From an uncultured bacterium (GTDB lineage Bacteria; Patescibacteriota; Minisyncoccia; Phycocordibacterales; DATDWN01), in contig CAIOTC010000020.1 of NCBI GenBank assembly GCA_903861205.1, positions 39,976-103,975 on the forward strand: DNA of 64,000 nt, given 5' to 3'. Positions 1 through 9,178 of this stretch are shown piece by piece. The notes beneath the pieces were generated by a model, which was given only the letters and a program-made list of their open reading frames with translations, ran no database searches and was not told where the DNA came from. Within the stretch, counting starts at the first letter, position 1. Each line of letters opens with the position of its first letter. A program made the position numbers and the translations under genes.

Positions 1-19
1 AAATACAAAGATGTTTTAA

Positions 20-823
20 TTGCCAACGAAAATGATTTACCTCCTAAAAAGTAGAGAAAAAAACGGAAATCGCGCCAGAAATATTTTAATACTTTCGGTT
101 TTTGTTTTACTCTCCATTTTTGCTTTTATTTTTCCGAATTTTTCGCGCGGAGTTTTTCAAACGCTCGGCAAACCGGTTTGGCTTATTCGAGATCAGATGG
201 TTGATTGGGCAGATGACGTCAAAGGTTTTTTCAGTTTGAAATCTTCTCTGGTCGCGCAGGTGGAAAATTTGCAATCTCAAGTTGACACGCTTAGTTTGAA
301 AACGGTTGATTATGATACGGTGCTGAAAGAAAATCAGGATTTGAAAGCGGTGCTTGGCAGAAACGTAACCGCGAATCGCGTCATCTCGCGTGTTTTGTCG
401 CGTCCGCCACAGTCGCCATACGACACCTTGGTCATAGATGCCGGTTCTGGCGACGGCATTAAGCCGGGCAACAAAGTTTACATTTCTGACAGCGTTATCG
501 TCGGCAACATCACGAACGTCACTCCACACACATCGCTCGTCGAAATGTTTTCAAGCGGCGACAAAAAAACGGAAGCGCAACAAGATCGCACCGGTACGAG
601 TTACGAGCTTGTCGGAATGGGCGGAGCCAATTTTTCCATCGAGGTTCCGAAAGAAGCCGACATTTTATGGGGCGATGTTTTCAGTTACCCTGGCCTTTTG
701 CAGTCTGTTCTAGGCTCCGTCTATTACATCGACACAAACTCACAAAGCGCTTTCAAAACCATTTTTATCCGTATTTCAGGAAATGTTTTTCAGAGCAAAT
801 GGGTGTTTGTAGATACGAAATAA
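20..823 (+). CDS. mreC: rod shape-determining protein MreC (start TTG at 20 or ATG at 32; may begin just upstream)
   Basis: 267-aa ORF with an N-terminal TM segment, a coiled-coil region, then Gly-rich beta domains (VIDAGSGDGIKPGNKVY...VGNITNV) typical of MreC. Followed by a small membrane protein and a PBP2 gene. Confidence 0.7.
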   Translation: MPTKMIYLLKSREKNGNRARNILILSVFVLLSIFAFIFPNFSRGVFQTLGKPVWLIRDQMVDWADDVKGFFSLKSSLVAQVENLQSQVDTLSLKTVDYDTVLKENQDLKAVLGRNVTANRVISRVLSRPPQSPYDTLVIDAGSGDGIKPGNKVYISDSVIVGNITNVTPHTSLVEMFSSGDKKTEAQQDRTGTSYELVGMGGANFSIEVPKEADILWGDVFSYPGLLQSVLGSVYYIDTNSQSAFKTIFIRISGNVFQSKWVFVDTK

Positions 824-866
824 TATAGACGAAGTAACGAATAAATTACGAATTGCTACGAATAAA

Positions 867-1118
867 ATGCGATACAAAATAAAAATTTGGCAACGGATTT
901 TACTTTTTACGGTGATTTACATATGCGTACTGACATTGCCGTGGTGGCTTTCTGTTGTGGCGCTGGTGGGGCTCTCCATTTTTGTGCCGAATTATATCGA
1001 AGTCCTTTTTTTCGGTTTTCTTTTTGATACAATATATTCACTCAAACACACCGGTTTGATTGTAGCGACAATTTTTTTGATTGCAGTGCTGTTTGTCAAA
1101 TCACGAATTCGAACGTAA
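867..1118 (+). CDS. small polytopic membrane protein, possibly a reduced MreD
   Basis: 83-aa hydrophobic ORF in the MreD position between mreC and the PBP2 gene. Confidence 0.35.
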   Translation: MRYKIKIWQRILLFTVIYICVLTLPWWLSVVALVGLSIFVPNYIEVLFFGFLFDTIYSLKHTGLIVATIFLIAVLFVKSRIRT

Positions 1119-1121
1119 ATT

Positions 1122-1175
1122 CCAAAGGTCTGGCCTTTAATGCCCAATTTCCCAAGGCCAGACCTTAAAATGCAG
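1122..1175. repeat. about 54-nt palindromic repeat element, copy 1 (second copy inside uvrC at 25131-25184)
   Basis: ccaaaggtctggcctttaatgcccaatttcccaaggccagaccttaaaatgcag forms a 13-bp perfect stem. The same sequence recurs at about 88% identity at 25131-25184. Confidence 0.7.
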
Positions 1176-1193
1176 ATGCAAATTCACCACTAG

Positions 1194-1246
1194 CAAATTT
1201 CTTATGAACTGAGACCTTTTTAAGGGCTCAGTTCATAAGAAATTTG
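1194..1246 (+). repeat. 20-bp perfect-stem hairpin immediately upstream of the PBP2 gene
   Basis: caaatttcttatgaactgag / ctcagttcataagaaatttg with a 13-nt loop. It may act as a terminator or processing site between mreD and PBP2. Confidence 0.6.
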
Positions 1247-1258
1247 TGTTATCATACT

Positions 1259-2971
1259 ATGCTCTCCAAACTAAAAAATTTTTTCAAAAGCAAAATCAGA
1301 AAATCCTACGCTCCAATCGATCCGGACGAAATTTTTCTCGACTCGCAAAATTTGCCGGAGTTCAATCGCGATCAGTTCGAGGGTCGGATCGAAAAGCCGA
1401 TTACGCGCCACGTTTTTTCCGTTTTGGCGTTTGTTCTGGTGCTTGTCGGTTTGATTTTTATCGGCAAAGTTTGGGCGTTACAGGTGTTGCACGGAGACAT
1501 AATGAAAACGAAAAGCGATAACAATTCGCTACACAATGTGACCATTTTCGCCGACCGTGGTTTGATCACCGATCGAAACGGCGTGCCGCTTGTTTGGAAT
1601 ACGCTCAACCCGACATCGTCAGAATTTTCTTTGCGACAATATGCCACGTCGACCGGGCTTTCCACGCTTCTCGGCTACGTCAAATATCCAACAAAAGATT
1701 CATCAGGTTTTTATTATCAGGAAAAATTCGTGCCAAAAGACGGCCTTGAAAAAATTTACGATTCAGATTTGTCCGGCGTTGACGGCAGTAAAATCACCGA
1801 GACAGATGTCAAAGGAAACATCACGTCCGAAAGTGTCGTTCATCCTCCGCAAGACGGAAAAAATTTGACGCTTTCTATCGACGCGCGAGTTCAGAAGAAA
1901 TTGTACGACTCGATGCTCGACATTGCTCAGCGTGCCGGTTTCAGGGGCGGAGCCGGAATGATTATGGATGTGCATACTGGCGAGATTATCGCTTCGGCCA
2001 CTTTTCCGGAATTTTCATCGCAAGTTTTGACGGACGGTAGTGACAGCAAACAAATCAATGCGTGGCTTTCCGATAGCAACAAGCCGTTTTTGAATCGCGC
2101 CATCAACGGGCTTTACACGCCGGGTTCGATTGTCAAACCGTTCATCGCCATGGGTGTTTTAGATCAAAAAGTTATTTCTCCAACAACACAAATTCTCTCG
2201 ACAGGTTCCATTTCCGTGCCAAATCCGTACGACAAAACCAAGCCGTCGATTTTCAACGACTGGCGGGCCAACGGTTGGGTTGACTTGGAGCACGCCATCG
2301 CGGTTTCATCCGACGTTTATTTTTATGAAGTCGGCGGGGGATTTGAAAGTCAAAAAGGCATCGGCATAAATAATATCGAAAAGTACACGCGCATGTTTGG
2401 TTTCGGTTCAACCACGGAGATAAATTTTCCCGGCGAGCAGGACGGCGTTATTCCCGATCCGGCCTGGAAAGCCAGCACTTTTAAAGGCGAAATGTGGCGA
2501 GTCGGCGATACATACAACACGACTATCGGCCAGTATGGTTTTCAGGTGACGCCGGTGCAGGCTCTGCGAGCGGTGGCGGCGCTGGCCAACGGCGGAAATC
2601 TTCTTGTCCCGACATTTCTCAAAACAGATTCGAAAAATAATCCACCGAAAATTTCCGGCACGGTCGGTTTGGATCCGTCGTATTTCAAAATCGTCAAAGA
2701 CGGCATGCGTTTGTGCGTGACGGAGGGCACGTGCACGGCCATGAACTTGCCGTTCGTCGATGTAGCCGGCAAGTCCGGTACTGCCCAGCTTGGAGTTTCC
2801 AAGGATTTGGTCAACTCGTGGATTGTCGGTTTTTGGCCGGCGGAAAATCCGCATTACGCTTTTGCCGTGGTCATGGAACGCGCCAGCAAAACGAACCAGT
2901 TTGGCGCGGCGTTGGTGATGCAGAATTTGTTTAATTGGATGGGGATTTATGGAACGGAGTGGCTGAAATAA
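1259..2971 (+). CDS. mrdA: penicillin-binding protein 2 (peptidoglycan D,D-transpeptidase, elongasome); alternative TTG start at 1244
   Basis: Transpeptidase motifs S-I-V-K (SxxK), S-S-D (SxN-like) and K-S-G-T. N-terminal TM anchor. Located after mreCD. Confidence 0.85.
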   Translation: MLSKLKNFFKSKIRKSYAPIDPDEIFLDSQNLPEFNRDQFEGRIEKPITRHVFSVLAFVLVLVGLIFIGKVWALQVLHGDIMKTKSDNNSLHNVTIFADRGLITDRNGVPLVWNTLNPTSSEFSLRQYATSTGLSTLLGYVKYPTKDSSGFYYQEKFVPKDGLEKIYDSDLSGVDGSKITETDVKGNITSESVVHPPQDGKNLTLSIDARVQKKLYDSMLDIAQRAGFRGGAGMIMDVHTGEIIASATFPEFSSQVLTDGSDSKQINAWLSDSNKPFLNRAINGLYTPGSIVKPFIAMGVLDQKVISPTTQILSTGSISVPNPYDKTKPSIFNDWRANGWVDLEHAIAVSSDVYFYEVGGGFESQKGIGINNIEKYTRMFGFGSTTEINFPGEQDGVIPDPAWKASTFKGEMWRVGDTYNTTIGQYGFQVTPVQALRAVAALANGGNLLVPTFLKTDSKNNPPKISGTVGLDPSYFKIVKDGMRLCVTEGTCTAMNLPFVDVAGKSGTAQLGVSKDLVNSWIVGFWPAENPHYAFAVVMERASKTNQFGAALVMQNLFNWMGIYGTEWLK

Positions 2972-3037
2972 AAAAATTTTTAATTTTTGAATTTAGAATT
3001 TTTATTGAATTTTCAATAATTAAATTTTAAAATTTAG

Positions 3038-3061
3038 AAATTCATTAAAAATTCTAAATTC
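3038..3061. repeat. AT-only intergenic repeat aaattcattaaaaattctaaattc (identical copy at 9138-9161)
   Basis: 24-nt identical string inside a pure-AT intergenic block (2972-3098) built from AATTTAGAATTT and TAAAATTT words. Confidence 0.7.
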
Positions 3062-3137
3062 AAAAATTAAAAATTTAATTTGTATAGCTTCTTGTTTTAT
3101 GTTACACTATCCACAATTATTTATATTTACACAATTT

Positions 3138-3599
3138 ATGAACGAAAAGGAATATCTTACGCAGGAGAAGTTTGACGAGTTTAAAAAGGAGCTGGCTAAT
3201 TTGAAAAATGTTCGTCGCAAGGAAGTGGCCGAGAATTTGGAATATTCAAAAGCCCTCGGTGACCTGGCGGAGAATGCTGAATATCATGAAGCGCGAGATA
3301 TGCAGGCAACCATCGAGGACCGCATTGCCAAGCTTGAGGAATTGCTCAAAAACGCCGTCATTGTTTCCGCGCATGATGCGACCGGTACTGTCAACGTCGG
3401 CTCTGTCGTGACGGTGGAAAAAGACAGTAAAACGTTCATTTACACCATTGTCGGTTCCGAGGAATCAGATGTCACCTCAAACAAAATTTCCATTCGTTCA
3501 CCGTTCGGCCAGGCTGTTCTAGGCAAGAAAAAAGGCGAAAAATTCACTTTCAAAGCACCAAACGGCGAGCTTTCGTATGTGGTTAGTGATGTGAAGTAA
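3138..3599 (+). CDS. greA: transcription elongation factor GreA
   Basis: N-terminal coiled coil (YLTQEKFDEFKKELANLK...RRKEVAE) and C-terminal FKBP-like domain. Typical GreA size from the ATG at 3138. Confidence 0.85.
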   Translation: MNEKEYLTQEKFDEFKKELANLKNVRRKEVAENLEYSKALGDLAENAEYHEARDMQATIEDRIAKLEELLKNAVIVSAHDATGTVNVGSVVTVEKDSKTFIYTIVGSEESDVTSNKISIRSPFGQAVLGKKKGEKFTFKAPNGELSYVVSDVK

Positions 3600-3604
3600 T
3601 ATTA

Positions 3605-3722
3605 CAAACTCACTTGCATGTGTCATTTTTGGAGCACGGATAAAAGTCTGCTGACTTTTTCCTCAAGCCTCACGCCAGCCGCGCTCCGGAGTCTCCAAAA
3701 ACGACACATGCAAGTGAGTTTG
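3605..3722. repeat. long inverted repeat with about 29-bp arms and about 58-nt spacer between greA and lysS
   Basis: Arms caaactcacttgcatgtgtcatttttggag and ctccaaaaacgacacatgcaagtgagtttg are reverse-complementary with one mismatch. The spacer contains a terminator-like hairpin aaagtcTGCTgacttttt. Confidence 0.6.
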
Positions 3723-3756
3723 TTTAGTCTTTCAAGTTTGGTATACTATATTTATC

Positions 3757-5214
3757 ATGGCTTCACTAGATGAAATTCGTGATGGGAGAATACAGAAATT
3801 AAATTTGTTAAAAGAAAATGGTGTAAATCCATACCCGGCAAAAGTGTCGCGGGATTTTTCAGTGGAAGAAGTCAAAAAAGATTTTGAAAATTTGGAAAAA
3901 TCCGAAAAGGAATTCAGCGTGGCCGGGCGCGTAATGGCTATACGTGGACAAGGCGCTATACTTTTTGCTGTCATTTTTGATGGTACAGAAAAAATTCAAG
4001 CAATCATAAAAAAAGACGAAATTGACGAAAATGTTTTCTCACTTTTTGTCGATACAGTGGACATTGGAGATTTTATTTCTGTCACTGGTACAGCAATGGT
4101 TTCTAAAACTGGTGAGCAGAGCATTTTGCTTAAAAACTGGACAATGGCTTCCAAGTCGCTTTTGCCTTTGCCGGAAAAATTTCACGGTTTGCAGGATGTG
4201 GACGAAAAATATCGCAAGAGATATTTGGATTTGCTCATGGATACCGAAACGCGCGATTTGATGATAAAGAAAAGCAAATTCTGGGACGTTACTCGCCAAT
4301 TTATGAAAGACGAAGGATTTTTGGAAGTGGAAACACCGACACTCGAAACGACGACTGGCGGAGCCGAAGCAGAGCCGTTCAAAACGCACCACAATGACTA
4401 CGATTTGGATGTATTTTTGCGCATTTCCGTCGGTGAGTTGTGGCAGAAAAGGCTGATGGCCGCTGGTTTTCCGAAAACTTTTGAGATTGGCAGAATTTAT
4501 CGAAACGAGGGTTCATCGCCGGAGCATTTGCAGGAATTCACAAACATGGAATTTTATTGGGGCTACGCTGACTACCGCGATGGCATGGAATTGGTCAAAA
4601 AAATGTACAGAAAAATTGCCCTGGAAGTTTTTGGCAAAACGGAATTCACTACGCGCGGACACACTTTTGATTTGGCCAAGGAATGGGATTTGATTGATTA
4701 CGTTGATGAAATAAAAAAGCAGGTGGGGATTGATGTCACGAAAGCGTCCACGAAAGAAATGGCGGAAAAACTTGATGAGCTTGGTGTAAAATATGATGGC
4801 GAAAACAGCGAGCGACTGACCGACTCGCTTTGGAAATATTGCCGCAAAAACATCTCCGGCCCGGCTTTTCTCGTCAATCATCCTGTGCTGATGGCTCCGC
4901 TCGCCAAATTGAATTCTGACGGAAAAACTGTGCAAGAATTTCAACCAATCATTGCCGGAAGCGAAATGGGCCGGGGGTATTCGGAGCTGAACGATCCAAT
5001 CGACCAAAAAGCACGCTTTGAAGAACAGCAAAAATTGATTGATTCCGGCGACAAGGAAGCCATGATGCCCGACTGGGAATTTGTCGAAATGCTCGAACAC
5101 GGTATACCACCAACCTGCGGTTTCGGTTTCGGTGAACGCTTTTTCGCTTTCCTGGCCGACCGCCCGGCACGCGAGTTGCAGTTATTTCCTTTGATGAGAC
5201 CTAAAGAAAAATAG
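3757..5214 (+). CDS. lysS: lysine--tRNA ligase (class II)
   Basis: 485 aa with an N-terminal OB anticodon-binding domain and class II motifs (FEIGRIYRNEG, ...GFGFGERF). Confidence 0.9.
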   Translation: MASLDEIRDGRIQKLNLLKENGVNPYPAKVSRDFSVEEVKKDFENLEKSEKEFSVAGRVMAIRGQGAILFAVIFDGTEKIQAIIKKDEIDENVFSLFVDTVDIGDFISVTGTAMVSKTGEQSILLKNWTMASKSLLPLPEKFHGLQDVDEKYRKRYLDLLMDTETRDLMIKKSKFWDVTRQFMKDEGFLEVETPTLETTTGGAEAEPFKTHHNDYDLDVFLRISVGELWQKRLMAAGFPKTFEIGRIYRNEGSSPEHLQEFTNMEFYWGYADYRDGMELVKKMYRKIALEVFGKTEFTTRGHTFDLAKEWDLIDYVDEIKKQVGIDVTKASTKEMAEKLDELGVKYDGENSERLTDSLWKYCRKNISGPAFLVNHPVLMAPLAKLNSDGKTVQEFQPIIAGSEMGRGYSELNDPIDQKARFEEQQKLIDSGDKEAMMPDWEFVEMLEHGIPPTCGFGFGERFFAFLADRPARELQLFPLMRPKEK

Positions 5215-5249
5215 AATATAGAATTTGGAATATTGAATATAGATAAAAA

Positions 5250-5275
5250 AGACTCGTTTGCGCGAGTCTTTTTCG
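5250..5275 (+). terminator. rho-independent terminator after lysS
   Basis: agactcg-tttgcg-cgagtct followed by ttttc. Confidence 0.6.
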
Positions 5276-5290
5276 AGATATCCACAGGCA

Positions 5291-5375
5291 AAGTGGCCAA
5301 TTGTGTTTGACGGTGGGAAGGAGTGGTATATAATAGATATTAAGTGGGAAAGAGTGGGAAAAATTTATGTGGAAT
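5291..5375 (+). promoter_or_regulatory. mraZ promoter (extended -10 tgtatataat) with an array of GTGG(G)AA direct repeats at about 10-nt periodicity, a putative MraZ operator
   Basis: GTGG cores at 5293, 5313, 5323, 5344, 5354 and 5369, e.g. ggtgggaagg, agtgggaaag, agtgggaaaa. MraZ is known to bind direct repeats in its own promoter. Confidence 0.55.
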
Positions 5376-5404
5376 TCATGAAGCGCGTTACATAATGAAA
5401 ACAA

Positions 5405-5839
5405 ATGTTGATTGGCGAATACACACATTCAATAGATGAAAAAAACAGAATTTCGCTTCCGGCGAAATTTCGCGCGGAGATGGGCAAGAAGATGGTGGTT
5501 ACTCCGGGATTGGACGGATGTTTGTGGGTCTTCACTTACAAAGAGTGGCAGAAGATTGAGGAAAAGTTGAACCAGTCGTCGCTGGGTCAGGCTGATAATC
5601 GCGGTTTCAATCGTTTTATGTTTGCGGGCGCGACGGAAGCGGAAGTGGACTCGATCGGTCGAATTCTCATTCCAGATTTTCTCCGTGACAGGGCAAATCT
5701 GAAAAACAAAGTGGTGGTCATAGGCGTTTCCAGTCGAGTGGAAATTTGGAATGAGAAGACATGGACTGATTACAAGAAAGGCGTCGAGAAAACGGCCGAC
5801 ACGCTGGCGGAAAAGCTGGGACAGGTAGGAGTGTTGTAA
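5405..5839 (+). CDS. mraZ: transcriptional regulator MraZ
   Basis: 144 aa. Two SpoVT/AbrB-like halves with a DxxxR-type motif (IDEKNRISLPAKFR ...). First gene of the dcw cluster. Confidence 0.9.
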   Translation: MLIGEYTHSIDEKNRISLPAKFRAEMGKKMVVTPGLDGCLWVFTYKEWQKIEEKLNQSSLGQADNRGFNRFMFAGATEAEVDSIGRILIPDFLRDRANLKNKVVVIGVSSRVEIWNEKTWTDYKKGVEKTADTLAEKLGQVGVL

Positions 5840-5957
5840 CAATTTTCAATTAACAATTTCCAATTTTCAATAAATGACACAATTTATCAATTAAACAAGT
5901 GAATTCAATTGGTTTATTGATTCATTGGAAAATTCATTGGAAATTGAAAATTGATAC

Positions 5958-6869
5958 TTGGAAATTATGATTCATAAATCTGTTCTTTTACATGAAGCTA
6001 TAGATGGACTGGATATTCACGAGGGCGACACCTTTGTTGACGGAACGTTGGGGAATGGCGGGCATACGGAGGAGGTTTTGAAACGGTTTGGCGACAGGGT
6101 GACTGTCATCGGAATCGATTTGGACGCGGACGCGCTGGCCAGGTCAAAGGAGCGACTTTCAAAGCAAGGCTGGAACAACGTCAAATACGCCCAGGGCAGT
6201 TTCCGGAACATCGACCAAATTTTAACGACACTTAGTGTTGTAAAGGTAGACAGGATTTTGCTGGATATCGGGTTGTCGTCGAATCAGTTTGAGGAATCGG
6301 GCAGGGGATTTTCATTTCAGAAAGATGAACCACTCGTCATGAATTTCAAAAAAGATTTGACCGAAAATGATTTGACCGCCAAAGAAATTCTGAACACATG
6401 GGACGAGGAAAACATTGTGGCGATACTTCAGGGCTACGGCGAGGAGCAGTTTGCGCCACGAATTGCCAAGGCGATTGTCCGATCCAGACAGCTCAAGTCG
6501 ATTGAAACGACGTTTGAATTGGTCGACATTATCATGTCCGCTACGCCGAAATTCTATCATCATCGTAAAATCCACCCGGCTACCAAGACATTCCAAGCTT
6601 TGCGAGTGACAGTCAACGACGAGATCGGCGCGATTAAAGAAGGGGCGAGAAAAAGTTTTGATATTTTAAATCCGCAAGGCAGATTGGCAATCATTTCATT
6701 TCACAGTTTGGAAGACAGAGTGGTCAAACAATTTTTTAAGCAAATGGAGGATGACGGCGTCGGCAAGCGGGTGAACAAAAAAATCATCACACCAAGCCGA
6801 GAAGAAACTACCGAGAATCCACGATCGAGAAGCGCCAAATTGAGGATAGTTGAAAAACATGCCCGGTAG
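5958..6869 (+). CDS. rsmH: 16S rRNA (cytosine1402-N4)-methyltransferase RsmH
   Basis: 303 aa with SAM-binding DGTLGNGGH and the conserved RsmH core. Follows mraZ. Confidence 0.9.
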   Translation: MEIMIHKSVLLHEAIDGLDIHEGDTFVDGTLGNGGHTEEVLKRFGDRVTVIGIDLDADALARSKERLSKQGWNNVKYAQGSFRNIDQILTTLSVVKVDRILLDIGLSSNQFEESGRGFSFQKDEPLVMNFKKDLTENDLTAKEILNTWDEENIVAILQGYGEEQFAPRIAKAIVRSRQLKSIETTFELVDIIMSATPKFYHHRKIHPATKTFQALRVTVNDEIGAIKEGARKSFDILNPQGRLAIISFHSLEDRVVKQFFKQMEDDGVGKRVNKKIITPSREETTENPRSRSAKLRIVEKHAR

Positions 6870-7032
6870 TAGAAGTCGGCATTGCGCCAAAGGCGCATAA
6901 AAAGATGCCGACTTCACTACAGGGCTATCCCGTAGTGAAAATGGCATTGAATAAATTCAAAATATATAGAAATTATGAATAAGTCGATATTATCAATATT
7001 AATCAAGAAAGTGACAATAAGCTCGTAGAGCG

Positions 7033-7356
7033 ATGCCATTTTCTACTAACGGGATGGTAGAAAAAGTACTACAACTAAATACGGAAAAAAATATTTTTTG
7101 GACACTCGTCGCCATTCTGGCTTTTTGCGCCATGTTTTACATGTATTCGATCAATGTGACCATTCGAAACGTCGTGGCCCGCGAAAATTTGGAAAATAAA
7201 GCGGCCGAACTGACACTTACTATCGGCAACAAAGAATTTCAATACATCAGTTTGCGAAACACAGTCACACTTCCTTTGGCTTACTCGCTCGGTTTCAAAG
7301 ATGTGACGGCGAAAACATACATCACAAAGAAAATTGTCGGTTTTGTGCTAAACTAG
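7033..7356 (+). CDS. cell-division protein FtsL-like (single TM)
   Basis: 107 aa, single TM helix followed by a short periplasmic segment. Sits in the ftsL position between rsmH and ftsI. Confidence 0.4.
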   Translation: MPFSTNGMVEKVLQLNTEKNIFWTLVAILAFCAMFYMYSINVTIRNVVARENLENKAAELTLTIGNKEFQYISLRNTVTLPLAYSLGFKDVTAKTYITKKIVGFVLN

Positions 7357-7360
7357 GTTT

Positions 7361-9067
7361 ATGAAGTTCAACTATCTGACAAGAATACGGATTATTTCAA
7401 TCTGTATTTTTATTTTTGGCTTGGTTCTGATCGGCAAATTGTACACCTTGCAGATCGTGAACGGTGATGTCTACACTCAAAAAGCCGACAGGCAATATGT
7501 TTCGGCCGGCGGGTCGCTTTTTTCGCGCGGCAGTATTTATTTCCAAAACAAAGATGGCACGATAGTTTCGGCCGCTACGCTCAAATCCGGTTTTATTGTT
7601 GCCGTCAATCCGGAAATTTTGAAAGATCCGGAGGAAGCGTATAAAAAAGCAAACGAAATTTTGCCGCTCGATCACGACATATTTATTGCCAAAGCGACAA
7701 AGAAAAACGATCCGTACGAAGAGGTGGCCAAGCATGTTGACGAAACTTTGGGACAGCAAATCGCCGATTTGAAAATTCCTGGTCTCAATGCTTACAAAGA
7801 ACGTTGGCGATTTTATCCGGGCGGAACTACGGCCGCCGCTACCGTCGGCATTCTCGGTTACAAAGGCGACGAATATGCCGGGCGATACGGACTGGAAAGC
7901 CAATACGAGAATATTTTAAAACGGACCGACAGTACCGATATCAATTTTTTCGCTCAAATTTTTTCAAATATAAAAACTACCTCCGGCACCCGTGCGCAAA
8001 GCGAGGGCGACATAGTGACCACAATAGAGCCGACAGTGGAGTCCGCGCTTGAAGCCGTGCTGGCCAGTACGAGCGAAAAGTGGAGCTCGGATTATGCCGG
8101 TGGAATCATTATGAACCCGACAACCGGAGAAATTTACGCTATGGCCGGATACCCGACATTTAATGCCAACGATTTTTCAAATGAAAAAAATGTTTCAATA
8201 TTTTCAAATCCGCTGGTGGAAAATGTTTACGAAATGGGATCGATCATAAAACCGTTGACCATTTCGGCCGGCATTGATTCCGGAGTAATCACGGCCAGCT
8301 CGACTCTGGTGGACCACGGATTCATCATGTCAAACGGCAAGAAAATTTCCGATTTTGACAGCAAAGACCGCGGCACAGTGACCATGCAGGACGTTTTGTC
8401 GCAGTCGCTCAACGTCGGTGTGGCGCATGTCGTTTCTCTCCTCGGCAATAAATTGTTTTCGCAATACATGTTGAATTTTGGTTTGAACGAAAAAACCGGA
8501 ATTGATTTGCCGAATGAAGGAAAAGATTTGGTTAAAAATTTGAACAACAATATCGACATCGATCATTTCACCGCTTCTTTCGGACAGGGAATCGCTCTCA
8601 CGCCGATTAGCACGGTCAGGGCGCTGTCCGCCATTGCCAACGGTGGCGTTTTGGTTGATCCTCACGTGGTCAAACGCGTGAGCTACAAGGCCGGTTTTTC
8701 CACCGATACGCCGGTGGTTCAGGGCGCGCGTGTCATAAAACGCGAAACGGCGGAGGAGGTGACACGCATGATGATCTGGAGTGTCGATCACGTTTTGCAG
8801 GATGGAAAAATGAAAATTGCCAATTTCAGCGTGGCTGCCAAAACTGGCACGGCCCAAATTGCAAATCCGGCCGGAGGGGGATATTATGAAGACAGATTTT
8901 TGCATTCGTTTGTCGGTTTTTTCCCGGCCTACAATCCAAAGTTTTTCATCTTTTTGTACATGGTTTATCCGAAAGGGGCGCAGTACGGCTCGGAAACGTT
9001 GACGGGACCGTTCATGGATTTGACCAAGTTTTTGATAAATTATTATGAGGTAGCACCAGATAGGTAA
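7361..9067 (+). CDS. ftsI: peptidoglycan D,D-transpeptidase FtsI (PBP3-like)
   Basis: Motifs S-I-I-K (SxxK), S-Q-S-L-N (SxN) and K-T-G-T. TM anchor. Part of the dcw cluster. Confidence 0.8.
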   Translation: MKFNYLTRIRIISICIFIFGLVLIGKLYTLQIVNGDVYTQKADRQYVSAGGSLFSRGSIYFQNKDGTIVSAATLKSGFIVAVNPEILKDPEEAYKKANEILPLDHDIFIAKATKKNDPYEEVAKHVDETLGQQIADLKIPGLNAYKERWRFYPGGTTAAATVGILGYKGDEYAGRYGLESQYENILKRTDSTDINFFAQIFSNIKTTSGTRAQSEGDIVTTIEPTVESALEAVLASTSEKWSSDYAGGIIMNPTTGEIYAMAGYPTFNANDFSNEKNVSIFSNPLVENVYEMGSIIKPLTISAGIDSGVITASSTLVDHGFIMSNGKKISDFDSKDRGTVTMQDVLSQSLNVGVAHVVSLLGNKLFSQYMLNFGLNEKTGIDLPNEGKDLVKNLNNNIDIDHFTASFGQGIALTPISTVRALSAIANGGVLVDPHVVKRVSYKAGFSTDTPVVQGARVIKRETAEEVTRMMIWSVDHVLQDGKMKIANFSVAAKTGTAQIANPAGGGYYEDRFLHSFVGFFPAYNPKFFIFLYMVYPKGAQYGSETLTGPFMDLTKFLINYYEVAPDR

Positions 9068-9137
9068 GTAAAATACAATTTTTAATTTAAAATTTATAAT
9101 TTAAAATAAATTTAAAATGACTGAATTTTTAAATTTT

Positions 9138-9161
9138 AAATTCATTAAAAATTCTAAATTC
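9138..9161. repeat. second copy of AT-only repeat aaattcattaaaaattctaaattc
   Basis: Identical 24-mer to 3038-3061. Both copies lie directly downstream of a PBP gene and upstream of the next gene. Confidence 0.7.
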
Positions 9162-9178
9162 TAAATTTTAAATTATTC

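Noticed and set aside
107-529. Antisense ORFs within mreC, PBP2, lysS, ftsI, murF, uvrA and other genes (for example 107-529, 2408-2854, 4513-5100, 8330-8905, 9247-9879, 21443-21880)
   Set aside because: Shadow ORFs opposite well-supported housekeeping genes. No independent signals.
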